NCBI GenBank assembly: GCA_900088475.1
Contig: FLMG01002489.1
Coordinates: 1 to 38,404 of the forward strand
DNA length: 38,404 nucleotides
Direction: 5' to 3'
From: Hyphochytrium catenoides
Taxonomy: Eukaryota > Protista > Hyphochytriomycota
Part shown: positions 23,806 to 35,514 of the stretch, in pieces
Layout of the letters: each line of letters begins with the position of its first letter
Position numbering within the stretch: position 1 is the first letter of the stretch
The notes under the pieces: model-generated
Databases searched by the model: none
Told to the model about the DNA's origin: nothing
Seen by the model: the letters and a program-made list of their open reading frames with translations, nothing else
Position numbers and translations under genes: made by a program

Positions 23806-24094
23806 TAGAGAGCAGCGAAACAATCCGAAGAGCGTCCAACCAGAAGAAGGAGGTTCGTTAGGTCAAAGGAATCAGAGACTGGCCAACGCGGAGAATAGAC
23901 CTAGAGAAACAGAAAGATGGAAGAGAGCAGTGAAAAAGGGTATGAAAGAAATTTGAAGGAGAGACAGGAGAGAGAGAGACAGTGCAAAAAAGGTAAACGT
24001 TCGATAGGCTAATGAATGTTGAACGCCTGAACAGTCCAATCAAAGAAAATGGAGGACAGACACGCCTGCTTTCCCATAATAAGCCTATGGGAGG

Positions 24095-24140
<46 letters not shown>

Positions 24141-24666
24141 AAACCCAGAAGGCGCAGGGAGAGAGTGAGCGAGGGCGGCAAAGATTGAGGGAAAGAAGGG
24201 AAGGGAGTGAGAAGATAAAATTACGAACGAGTAAAAGATAGATACAGAGGGAGTGAGAGACACACAGAATGCGAGACACAGAGGACGGGAAACGAGAGAG
24301 AGAAGGGGAGAGAGACTGGGATAGAACTAGACAGATGGGAAGATAGAAAAGAGAGAGAGAGGTGAAAGACAGGGAGAGAATGCTTTTTATAGGGAGGAAG
24401 GAGATGCACTGCCTAGCAAAATATAAGAAAGAGACAGATCAAAAGATACCTTAGTCCAGAAACAGAAGAGAAGATAGTGGCAGAAACAGCGAAAGGCATG
24501 TCAAAAGGGAACACGGGAAGAACAGGAGTAGAGGGAGAGAAAGAGAGAGAGGGGCCGAGAACAGGGGAGAGAGGGAGCAAAGGAGGGATGGAGAGAGATG
24601 GAGAGAGAGGGAGGAGAGAGGGAGAGAGAGGGAAGAGAGAGGAGAGGGAGAAAAGAGAGAGNNNNN

Positions 24667-24705
<39 letters not shown>

Positions 24706-27113
24706 GAGAGAGAGAGAGGAGAGAGAGAACATTGAACGAGAGAAATAGAGTGCGAGAGAGCCCGTAAGAGAGACACAAAGAGAAAAAGAAGAGCGAAATA
24801 TACAGGGAAAGACACCAGGATGACGTAAAAGAGAGGCGGTTCCTAGGGAGAGGAAAGGAGAGACGAGGCAACAAAACAGTAGAACAACTGCATGCTGTCA
24901 AAAGGTTTTATTAGAAGAAATGGAATTTTTATTAGCCTTTTATTGCACATAGATAATTTGTGTTGCAAGGTAATACGGAAGAACTACATTGTGCCGATTT
25001 AGTTCTATTTGATTCATGATAAAAAAAATAACAAATAAAGATCCTCGACTATTACTTGTCTAATTCTTACATCTTTTTTCCATTATAAAATAAAGGTTAG
25101 CTTCGCCCTTTACTTCTATAAAGTTACTTTCTATTGCCAGGCTGTCAATCCGAAAGTAACGTTGAGTCTCACGACATAGAGTGTGTGCTGTCCGATAGGA
25201 GCCACGTTTGGTGGTCTGTCCACCCTTATTACTAACAACTGTACGTATCACCCGAAACTAATAGTGCTTAGGCGTTAGCCCGTTCCTTCTTCAATAAAGT
25301 AAAGTTGTCAGTTAGTGATCTTTTCTCCGTCGTCGTCTGTTCTCGATGTTGATGAAGCGCTCGAGCTGCTGCTGCCTCTTCTTCCTCCTCCATTATTATT
25401 GTTGGTCTGCTGCTGCGAGGAGCCCGCTATCGTCTTCAGGATAAGTGTAAGCTTGGGCTTAGTTCCCTTCGTGCAAGCTTCGCTAGATTCGGAGTCCAAG
25501 GCCTTTATTCGTCAAAAATCTCAATCGATTGAAGCTCTAGATATCAATTCAGAGTCTCTGTCAATAATCTGGAAATCTCTGACTAGACTGAGGAGAGTTG
25601 TAACGAGCGACGGCTTCTTCTCGGCAAATAAGGCCTCTAACAGTCAGCAACTTTGCCTGGCCGTACATAAGGAGTAGGAAGAAGACGAAGGAGGTCGTGC
25701 AGCAGGTAGTGCGCAGCGGCAACTTTATTATTAGCTATCTCTTTGTTCACCACCGTCTGTCTGTCTGGCTGTTGTCCTCAAGGACAATTTGTTGGTGGTG
25801 GATGGCCATACAATTATTAAGGGAGGAGGAAGTGTAAGGAAGAAGAAGGTGGTTAGTGCCTCTTTGGGTCTTCTTCGTCGTCTTAGAAGATGTGGTCTGC
25901 GGTAGCAAGGGCAGCAGACGATGATAGTATAAGGTAGCCAACTACTTCTTGCCACGTCGTCGTGGTCCTAGTAGTAGCTCCTATGTCATGCTTCGCAGGA
26001 AAAAGAGCAACGTGATCTCTTCTAGATGAAGAGAAGAACAACGACAAGGTAGTGCTGCTTCCTTCGATCACTATAAGAGGAGGGACTACTAGGAGAAAAA
26101 AAACTTGGTATAGTAACAAGGAGAGAAACAAATGGCATGCTTTTCCTTTTTGGTTAGCTCTGCTTCCTTCTCTCCTCCTCGTTCTTGGCTCACGACGGGA
26201 AGTGCTACTAGGTGGCAGGAAAAGCAGGTGCGTGTTGGTGGTGGTACTGCTGGTGCCAACTCATGGGGCAACGAGAAAGAGACGGGCGGAGGCAACAAGG
26301 CCATTGATACGCTCTTCTCTTCTGCGTTACTGGGCTGTGGCTCCCCATGATACTCTATCTTCTCTGCGTCTCCTTACCAGTGGAAAAAATATGCAGGGCA
26401 GACCCCTACCACGTCTATGGGCCCTACTCCGTCTACTACTAAGCAGGTTATAATTGTTTCTTGTTTGTGTGGCTCTTCTTCTCCTGCGCTGTCCTCAGCG
26501 GTCTCTATCCTCTTGCCCTTGTTGTCGTTGACTCTGCCTCCTATCGCATCTCATAATAGAGTGCAGAAGAATGGATGGCGGCGTACAGATATGATGAAGA
26601 ACAACTGGAAAGGGAAATGGATAGTAGTAGAAGACGCGTGGTAAGATGTAGAGACAACTAGCAAACATATATCTGAAGAAACAGAGCAAAATTTCCAGCA
26701 GTAGAAGTAGACACGCATCATCAACAAAGACGTCACGCGAAGACCTGGGAGAGAAGAGAGAAGGACGCAGGATGAGCTAAGTGACGGCTGATAAAGCTAT
26801 TAGATGTGCGCTTCGTACTATTATCTAGACCTGGCGATAGCATCCTAGGGAAAAAAAAAGAAAGGTCAGGCAAGGCCTAAGGCTCTGTCTTCTTCTACGT
26901 TGGATGACCTGTTGGCCGGCCAAAGCCCTCATGGTTGTTCTAGACGCTGAGGTTTCCAAGTGCTTGCTGCTGGTGGTCGCATTCAAAGGTCTCTGTTCCA
27001 CCTCTCTTTGGGTTCAATTGGTCATTGATAGAGCCTCTTCTTCTTCTCTCTCTCTCTCTCCTCTCTCTCTCCCTGCCTCTCTCCCTCTATCTCCCCTCTG
27101 GCGGCCCAGGTGT

Positions 27114-28115
27114 CTAGTTGCCCAAAGTATACTGAAGTCCCCTGAATCTCGCGCTCTGGTTCACTCTCGTAAAGTATATGGCCGGATCGGCCCCACCGAA
27201 GAACGTGCTCCATAAGAACTCCCGCACCTTCAAGCCCGGTCTGGCGGTGAACACGTTTGCGGCAACGACAATGTTATTCAGAGTCAAGCGCAACCTGGCG
27301 CTCGTGGTATCGCCTGCACTGGGGAAGCGGATCTCAATTGAGACCCTGTTCCAGGCGCCCTTACGGAACTTCATAGTGGTATTGCCAAGGAGAATGCCGA
27401 AAGTGTAGCTCTCGTCTGTACACCTCCCCATCAGTAGGCTCTTGTTTGCATCGCATGTGCGCCGCATCGCCGGGGGTCCTGCATACCAGTAGACTCCCAC
27501 GCCACCTCCTTCAGTCCAGACGACCCTTGCAGAGAAGCAGTTGTCGTCGGACGCGCCGCCTGAGCATGAAGTGGTTGACAAGCCGTTGCCTCCTCGGATG
27601 CCATGTAGTTTGCCTCCTTTCACAAAGTTAAAGTTCGTAGGGAAGAAGACCTCATAACTGATAGTGGCCGCAGAATAATAACCCGCCGAGCGGTCGAGAA
27701 AACTCTGCAAAGAGCCAATGTTAGGAACTCTCTGCCCTTGTAGAATGGGTTCCAGAGTCCTTCTGTCCAGGAGATGAGAGTAGACACATCCGGTGGCGCT
27801 GGATGATGGTGCGGCCACATTGCCGCGGTACATAACATAAACTTGGTCCAATATTGTGGGATCAGCAGGGGAAGGGATACTCGGCGTTGACCCTGGGGTA
27901 GCAGCAATCGCTACTACGCCCCAGTACGCAGAAGACGGTTGCCCATTGCACTTGGTTGATAGCACCTGGCCGAGAGCTCTAGTGACATGAACGCTGAGTG
28001 AAGATATCGTCGTTGTCGAGCTTGTTGATCCTAGACTGCTTGTCCTTTCCAGCAGTGTCGTAAGAAGAAGGAAGACGAGGACATAGTAACTTGTTATGGG
28101 CTTTGTCCCTGTCAT
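27114..28115 (-). CDS. Polysaccharide lyase family 14 (alginate/polyuronate lyase-like), probably secreted, 333 aa, intronless
   Basis: Motifs SYEVFFPTNFNFVKGGKLHGIRGG, CSGG, CFSARVVW, GVYWYA, FRKGAWNRV and FLWSTFFGG are characteristic of PL14; hydrophobic N-terminus YYVLVFLLLTTLL. Confidence 0.88.
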   Translation of the reverse strand: MTGTKPITSYYVLVFLLLTTLLERTSSLGSTSSTTTISSLSVHVTRALGQVLSTKCNGQPSSAYWGVVAIAATPGSTPSIPSPADPTILDQVYVMYRGNVAAPSSSATGCVYSHLLDRRTLEPILQGQRVPNIGSLQSFLDRSAGYYSAATISYEVFFPTNFNFVKGGKLHGIRGGNGLSTTSCSGGASDDNCFSARVVWTEGGGVGVYWYAGPPAMRRTCDANKSLLMGRCTDESYTFGILLGNTTMKFRKGAWNRVSIEIRFPSAGDTTSARLRLTLNNIVVAANVFTARPGLKVREFLWSTFFGGADPAIYFTRVNQSARFRGLQYTLGN

Positions 28116-30645
28116 AGTTGCCGGCCTTGGGCCCTGATCTACGACGAAAGGCTCTGTTTAATCGTTCCCAAGCAAAAGCAGAAGTCCGCTCCAAGAAGGA
28201 GGTGAAGAAGAACGCTTGATGACTTCGATTCTTTTGGATTCTAGGAGAGCCTGACGTGCTGGGGCTGCACTCGTGCAAGGCGTCTCTCTCCAGCCTCGAC
28301 TCTAACCCTAGCCCAATGTGTACAACCCTCAACCCCTCACGTCACGTCCTCAGCTGACTAGGAGACTGATGTATCAAAGCGAGGGAAGGAAGGAAGTAAA
28401 GGAGGGCACCACTAAATAAGTTTTGAAGACGCAGGCTAGTCAGCCTCCCAGCGAAACCTTCCTTCAGTCACTTCCCCTAACCCAGTGAGGACACAAACTT
28501 AGATCACAATAGCCGATAGAAAGCACAGGGAAGGAAGACTCTGTCATGACCGTTTGTCAACCCAAGATAGTTCTACAGTGCTCTCTTGAAGAGACATCCA
28601 ACCGGCTGAACATAGGTACGGAGCTTCCTCCCACTCACACGCTAGATGGCCTTCAACGCAGGGAGATAGTCTCTTACGTAGGAGCAAAACGGTAGTACAA
28701 AGTAATACTACCAGCGACATGCGACCGTTGGGCTGAATTATTAAGAGGCCTAGGAACACCTACAGGGAAAACCCTTTGGAAGCGCAAGGAACCCATGCAC
28801 GGCCAACATGGACTAGCCTGGACAGGCGACCAATGAACCGGAGAAAGATCAGATGTAACCCTTGAGACAAAACAGTAGTGGAGAAGAACAGGACATCTCA
28901 ATAGTAGTTGGGCAGTAGAGCTAGTAGTGCTCGGAAGTACCTTGCAGGTTATAAAGGATTGTTCTAGAGCTAATAGCACTGAGGAATGTGTGGAGGAAGA
29001 AGCCTGAGGCACGCCCCTAAAAGATTGTCGGCTGAGAGACCAACTAGTAGGCCGTTGAGATGAACTGCTCTATTATTATGCCCCTGGATGTCTGAGCATA
29101 TTGTCGGCCTAAGAAAGTCAAAGAAAGTGTGGAACAGGAAGCTTCGTTTAGACTTCTTACTGGTGATAACACGGTGAGTCAGGCCTGACGTTGACACTCA
29201 GAGAACGAATAAAGAGGCCTTATACAAGGAGAAGCTGCTCCATGATGAGTTCTACAAGGCTGAATGGACTGGCTGATGAGATGATAACAGAGGGACTGGC
29301 TGATGACATGATGAAGTTCCAATGAGCAATGAATAATGAAGGATTAGATCGGTATGGTCGCCTCTACTGATCTTCCTCTTTGTCTCCTCCCAGCTTCCCC
29401 CACAATCTCTCTCTCTCTCTGTGCTCTAGCTAGCGTTTGCATGGAGAGTGACTTCATGGATCTCTTCTCCTCGTAGCTCTCCTTCCCATCACACAGTTGT
29501 CCAGGTACACTATATCGCTGAGAGCTAGGTAGCTATGGAGAACGACTAGAAGCGCCCAGCCACGAGTGGATCAACTCCTGCCACGAGTAGGCCACCAAAG
29601 TAATTTTTCCTACACCATTACTTTTCCGAACTCTCTGACTTATAATTAGGTACACAACGCATCTCGGGAAAAAAAGCCGCTTTGGAAAATGAATAGCCTT
29701 TTTAAATCATTGATGTAGGCATCTGCAGACCAGCCGTGAAACTTTGCGTTGCGAAGTAACCCACTCGTCGAAGGATCCCATACATTTTCTAATAGATATA
29801 ATGATTAATTTCTTTGCAACTAAGGAGGATATTAACAATCCGCCGGTACACCGTTTGAAACCTCTCAGCCAGGGCTTCACTATGGCGTTTAGAGCACAAA
29901 CATTTCCAAGTAGACAAGAAGTTATGTCGATTTCCCCAATGACCTTCTCGTGGCTGGGCGCTTCTACTGTTGACAACGAGCGTTGGAGCACTCAACCCTC
30001 AACATGCCTAGCTTTAAATGGGCAGTAGAACGACCTAGGGTTAGGGTTAGAGACAGTCTATTTAAAGGGTTCATAGGAAACTGGGCAGTAGAAGTACTAA
30101 GAAGTGTATGGAGAATATGGTGCGCCGTGTCCGTAAGCCTAAGTAAAGTAAAGTGTAAGGAGAAGGCTCGCCGGACCATCTGACCGTCCGCGATGAATCT
30201 CTTGACACAGCGGGTAGACTAAGGCACTTTGGGACACTGTGCTAAAAAAGCCTGCGACGACCCAGTTATAAGAGAGATCAGCGTCATCCCTAGAAGAAGA
30301 AGCGAGAAAGACCGACGAAGATAGTCAGGATGCGCCAGAGCCCAAACACTAATTGCCACTCTCAGATCTCTGTCTCGCTCTGTCGCCTATCTGACAAACT
30401 TGACGGTAAAGAAGACCATCACCTCAGTGCCAGCGCCAAGAGAAAGGACAAAGAAAATGGCGCTTGTTCCAGTAGCACTTGCTGTTTGCTTCGTTCTACT
30501 CTTCCCTGCGGTCTCATTGGACCTAGCGCACCTTATCATCAGTCCTTGCTTTATCAGGCACCCATCATAAGATCGGTTCTAGAAACTACTTCCTGCATCC
30601 ACGTCGGCGCACCAGGGGAGACAGGAAAAAGGAAGACAACGCCAT

Positions 30646-31567
30646 TAGCGACTTTCTGCAAGCCTCAAAATTCTGGACGGACGAGAATCGGACGGACGAA
30701 ACCTCTGGATAGTTCGTCCGATTTGAGACCGACCACTTCGTCCGATTTGAGTGCAAAAAGTGTTCTGCAAGCCCGGCACTTTTCCTCCGGATGGAGGAGA
30801 TCAACCTGATGAAACATTTCTGGAAAATATCGTGAAATAAGCGAAAACTAAGGAAACGTTTCAGTGATGATGGAACTGATACTTGTACGTAAGAAGATGG
30901 TAGTAGTGTATTATAAAACGCACTTCTCGCATCCCTTTGCTAGAGAAGTCGTGAACTTTGCAGAGCAGACATTTGTTATGTAAGGCCTTAAGCTGCTTGT
31001 TGTCAGCAACCTCGCTCTGGGTCAAATATTTTGTTGATGACAGCATAAAGTACGATGGTGGGCAAACATTTTTGCGTGAGTTATTATGTATGAGGTTTCC
31101 ATTTGTTCTAAATCGTAGCAGATATTTAGCCAAATGTATTAGACTTTAGAACAATATATTGGCGAGCCAACATTTCTGATCGTAACCACATTTTTCTCCA
31201 GAGAATTTTTGATTCTTCCGCATTTTGCCGATATACGGAATTGATAAATAATTAAAGCAGAATAAAAGAAGCAATATTCTCAATATTTTGGCGCGAAACG
31301 ATGATTTTCGCGCCAAAGCCTCACGTTTAGGTTCATCCGATTTGCCTTTCTTAGTCGGGGTGGGTATGCAAATCGGACGGATACCCACCATTTCATCCGG
31401 AACTAGCAAATTTCCGGACGAACGAGAAATCGGATGAAAATCGGATGAAATGGGTGTGACGGGAAATGACATCAGTGGCCGTTGCAGGCTCCATTTTTAA
31501 AAATCTCAAAAGTTCATCCGTCCGATTTTCGTCCATCCGATTTGGGAGTGCTTGCAGAATGTCGCTA
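30646..31567. mobile_element. Non-autonomous DNA transposon (MITE-like) with ~55-bp imperfect TIRs and subterminal repeats
   Basis: Left end TAGCGACTTTCTGCAAGCCTCAAAATTCTGGACGGACGAGAATCGGACGGACGAAAC vs reverse complement of right end TAGCGACATTCTGCAAGCACTCCCAAATCGGATGGACGAAAATCGGACGGATGAAC. Many TTCRTCCGATTT/AAATCGGAYG copies (30713, 30737, 31332, 31370, ~31426-31450). AT-rich interior without a recognisable transposase. Terminal TA may be a TSD; no 8-bp TSD seen. Confidence 0.85.
31287..31317. promoter_or_regulatory. Perfect 12-bp inverted repeat made of two E2F-consensus sites
   Basis: TTTGGCGCGAAA (31287-31298), 7-nt spacer, TTTCGCGCCAAA (31306-31317); each matches TTTSSCGC on both strands. 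Function untested. Confidence 0.5.
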
Positions 31568-31934
31568 TTTTCGTGATTAGTTTTCTTCTTATCTTCTTTG
31601 GAGAGGATCGCGATGGGTGGACGGACGTCACAGAGGGAGAGACCATGAGCGGCAGAAGAGAAGAGCAGCAGTAGAAAGAGGCGGACAACGAAGGATCGAA
31701 TCGTAAAGGAGAGGACGGAGAGTTAGGAACAATCTCAGGCACTTAGTGGACGCGTCCCCGTTATCCCCATACATCCAACCCTTATTAGAAGAGGAAAACT
31801 TCTTGCCCGTTCCTTCTCCTCCATTTTCTTGGGCAGTTTTGGGCAATGTGCCTTGCCTCCCTTGGTCCTTGAGGCTGATGACAGAGAGAAAGAGAGGAAG
31901 AGAGAGAGAGAGAGAGAGAGAAGAGAGAAAGAGA

Positions 31935-31981
<47 letters not shown>

Positions 31982-32149
31982 AGACAGAGACAGAGAGAGA
32001 CTGAGAGTGAGACAGAGAGAGAAAAGAAAACTGAGGACCTCCCTGCTCCGCCAACCTTGAATCTTCCTGGAGGAGGAAGAAGAGGCCACAAGGGCTTCTT
32101 TTCCTTATGATGATGGGCCCGACCCTAGACTCCCAGCCTAACAGTGACG

Positions 32150-33420
32150 TACCTTAGATCCCAGAACTTTCACCGTCAAACGGCTGCCCCTTTCTCTTGG
32201 GTCTAGAAGAGCCTCAAACCAGCTTCTTCAAGCCCGTAGAGCTAGTTCTGCTGCCTTCATGGATGGAAGGCTTTCCTTTGACAACCGCTGCAATGTGGGC
32301 AGCAACCTCTCGTTGACGTCCGTCCTTCCTCTCACAGCTCAGGGAGAGAGCAACGCGGAGAAAGAGAAGAAAAGAAGCTGTTCGAAGGTGTTGATGAACG
32401 AGATGGTGCCTCCTTTCTCCTTCTTGCCGCCGAGGAAACCAGTTTAAAGAGTTCTCTCCTTTCTGATTATGATGGGAGAGAGAAGGAAGATAGTTGGAAA
32501 GACTGAGACTGCGGCCACTTCGTTGCTCCTCGCAGCCTCTTCTAGTTTCTTCTCTCTTCTTCCTCTTCTTCTCTTCTTCCTTCTTCTTCTGATTCCTAGT
32601 GTTTTCAAGCTTCGAGGAGGTGAAAGGTGTTGAACTCTTTTTTGTCTCTTCTCTCGCCATTGACGAGGTCAAGAAACGTGAAGCTTGGCCTTTGGTTCCT
32701 CGTTCTCTTCTCAGCTTGACCTCCGCTAACGTGAGATCTCTCGCTTGGTCTGGCAAGCAAGAAGCTGTCTTCCTTATCCCGCCGTGTTGGCCTCGCCTGG
32801 GCTTCTTCTTCCATCGCGATGCCTGCTTATCTTGGAGGAGCTGTTGGTGCCTCGGCCATTCTGACTGCGTATGCCGCACGTCGAGAGTTACTCTCCTCCG
32901 TTGATGTCCACGCTCGATGCCTTCTGGCACGCTAATGATGTCCACGATGTGGCTGTGCGTAAGCCTTTTCCTGAGCCTCTCTCTTCTCGAGTGTGCCGTC
33001 TGCAGCGCTCTTTCTTCTCAAGATTTGTTTGGTTGACGTCCTGCTGCCAAGCCTCTGCTGTCTTGGACTTGCATCCAACGAAGACGGCTAATCCCTTGGT
33101 GGCTGCTTCTCTTCCGCCAACCAGTGGCTTTCCTTCGGGCTGCTCCTATTCCCTGGCTGCGGCAGCTGACGGAATGCCTTTGAAGATCAAGAGGATTCTC
33201 TCTGTTTGTCTCGGGGCTGGCGCTAACCAGCGTCAAAGCCCGCGTGCAATGGCATTCTTTCCCATGCTTTTCGAGCTCCTGGTCTCCTAAGCCTAGCGAT
33301 GCCTTGTAATATATCCAAGCAAGACCTGCCACATTCCTTTCTCTCTCTCATCAATTGAGCGCAGGATGGAAGGCCGTCTCTCTCTTCGTCGAGAGTACTC
33401 TGAGGTCGGCTAGCGTCCTG
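32150..33420 (-). pseudogene. Coding-like but frame-broken region of unknown identity
   Basis: High-complexity, GC-balanced sequence bounded on the minus strand by an acceptor-like CTACTCAG (~33420) and a donor-like AAG|GTACGT (~32152). No frame is open throughout; the longest is the 243-aa track ORF 32214-32945. Confidence 0.3.
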
Positions 33421-33796
33421 AGTAGAAGAGAAGAGTCAACGCGTGGCTGTTAGGAAAGGATGCTCTTCTCTTTCTCTCTCTTCTTCGCATTCTTTCTCTT
33501 CTCCGCATTCTTTCTCTTTAAGATAGATACTTTTTGAGGCCCGTTTCTCTCTTGCAAGTTCTTCCTCCTTCTCTCCTCTCTTCTGCATTCTCCAGAAGAC
33601 TGGCTCTCTCGCAAGAGAGACTCTCTCCTTATCTCATAGATTCATTCAATAAAACTTCTCTCTTCGGTAAGAGAAAGACTCATTGCCAGTCAGCCAAGGT
33701 ATTGAGGAGAAGAGGACGCACCTAGGGCATCACAATGTCCCGTAGTAAGCAAGGCAATCATGGGGCGGGGAAGATAATCTAAAGCGCGAGAGAGAC

Positions 33797-33832
<36 letters not shown>

Positions 33833-34243
33833 GTTAGCAGGAGGCAGTACGTCCTTCTTCTTCATCTCTCTCTCCCTCTTCTGAAAGAGGGAGAGAATGT
33901 AATAGAGATGCTGCGCTGGTTCTCTTTATATATATATAGAGAGAGAAATCTTCTTTATCAGAGAGCGAAAGAGAGAGAGAGAAGGATGAGGGAGAAAAGA
34001 CAGTGAAGAGGAAGAACGAAAGAGCGAGAGAGTATGAGAGAGAAAAAAAAGAGGGAGAGAGGGGCAAGAGGGGAAGGAGAGAGATAGGGGAGAGACAGAG
34101 AAAGAGAGAGAAAGGAGACGCAAAGAGAGAAAGAGATCCTTCAGAGAACGAGAAGAGGCCGAAAGGAATAGGGAACGATCATATGAAGAAACTGATGAGC
34201 TGTTTTCGTTTAAGATACATCCACTCCAAACTATTGTTGTCAT

Positions 34244-34303
<60 letters not shown>

Positions 34304-34339
34304 CTTCGTTGACTCTCTAATAAATGAGCAACCCATTAG

Positions 34340-34720
34340 TCAACGAACATGTAGAGTGGTCTTCGACAACGGGAGAGAACAATGTCCGTCTGCACGGGAG
34401 AAGATGTGAAAAAATCTCTCTCTATGACTCTCGTGTTTTCTCTCTGAATTGGTCTTATCGCTGAGTTTGCTCCTGGTCTCAAACCCGCGAAGTTTTCTGC
34501 TCTGAGGATGTAAGAGATGGTGCTCCGAAGAGAGAGGATCAGAAGAAGAAAGAGAAGGAGAGTTCTTGAATGTGTCTCTCTCCTCGTTGGCCTTCAAAAA
34601 GGAAGTTAAAGAGAAAAGAGAGGCCGCGGCAACAGGAAAACGGCAAGAAGAGAATGTCATTACCTTTCTCTCTCTAACACGTTAGAGGAAAAGCCCGGCG
34701 GTTAGGACCACGAGAGCAGA
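34340..34720 (-). pseudogene. Frameshifted paralog of the 35515-36057 secreted protein
   Basis: ANEERDTFKNSPSLSSSDPLSSEHHLLHPQSRKLRG aligns to ANEERDTSEKNSLSLPSSSLSLSEHRFLRLQGRKLRG. Upstream homologous blocks (SNVLERE vs FNTLERE; RGLSF) are in other frames and one is followed by TAA; no in-frame signal peptide. Confidence 0.65.
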
Positions 34721-35514
34721 TAGGCGGAGTCAAAAAAAAAGAGAGAGAGAGAAAAGGAATAACAGAGTGAGCCTCAAGAGCAATAGAAAGAGACGTGCGA
34801 CAAGAATCGTTCTCTCTTCATCGTTGTCCCTTTGTTTCTTCATGTCCAAGACTCCTGGCTCCAGACAAAATGATTTCTCTCTCTCTCTCTCCCTCCGCAC
34901 ACAACGGTATATGACTTGAGGGCCTTAGAGAAACACAGGGCGGGCGAGAGAAGCAGGTGGAGAGAGAAATAGAGAAGCATATGGAGAGAGAGGAAGAGAA
35001 ACAGATGGACAGAGAGAGAGTGACTAGAGAAATGAGAGAGAGAGAGGAGAATTGGAGAGAGGAAGACAGCATCCTCATCACCAGATATTCGCGACATTGA
35101 GAGTATTAAGCTAGCATTTACGTTAGTCTGCTGGAAGCACGAGAGAGGAGACAAATTAAGCTGATAGCCTTTCTCTCTCTCTTTCTTCTCTCTCTCTTTT
35201 GCCTCTTTTTTCTCAAAGCAACACTTTCTGATGGCCGGTCAGACCTAAGCAGAGGGTTAAAAGATGAAGATAGTCCGGTATAAAAGAAAAGGTAAGCAAG
35301 AGAGAGAGAGAGAGGCAGAGAGAGAGAGAGAGGAAGGAAACAAAGAAGGGAGAAGCCAGGGATAACAACTAGAAGAGACACGAGAGACTGCTGATCTTCT
35401 TTGTCTTTCCTTTGCTGCCGCGTGGCAAACTTAGGTCCTTTCCCCCTCTCTCCTTCTCTCTTTTTCTCTCTCTCTCCTTCGCTTGGACTTATTATTTTCT
35501 CCACGTTTTAGAGT

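Noticed and set aside
22948-24900. Cluster of short ORFs on both strands
   Set aside because: Dominated by GA tracts and gaps; no coherent splice model or domain found.
29266-29312. GGACTGGCTGATGA repeated at a 27-bp period
   Set aside because: A two-copy micro-duplication with no further structure.
30035-30050. Telomere-like CTAGGGTTAGGGTTAG (and CTAACCCTAGCCC near 28300)
   Set aside because: Under three units; too short to distinguish from chance.
30700-31545. Spaced TCCGATTT repeats as a CRISPR-like or iteron array
   Set aside because: Short, irregularly spaced, in both orientations and confined within TIRs; better explained as transposon subterminal repeats in a eukaryotic context.
31820-31860. 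HIAQNCP on the minus strand, resembling half of a CCHC zinc knuckle
   Set aside because: The CxxC half is missing and no Gag/Pol context is visible.
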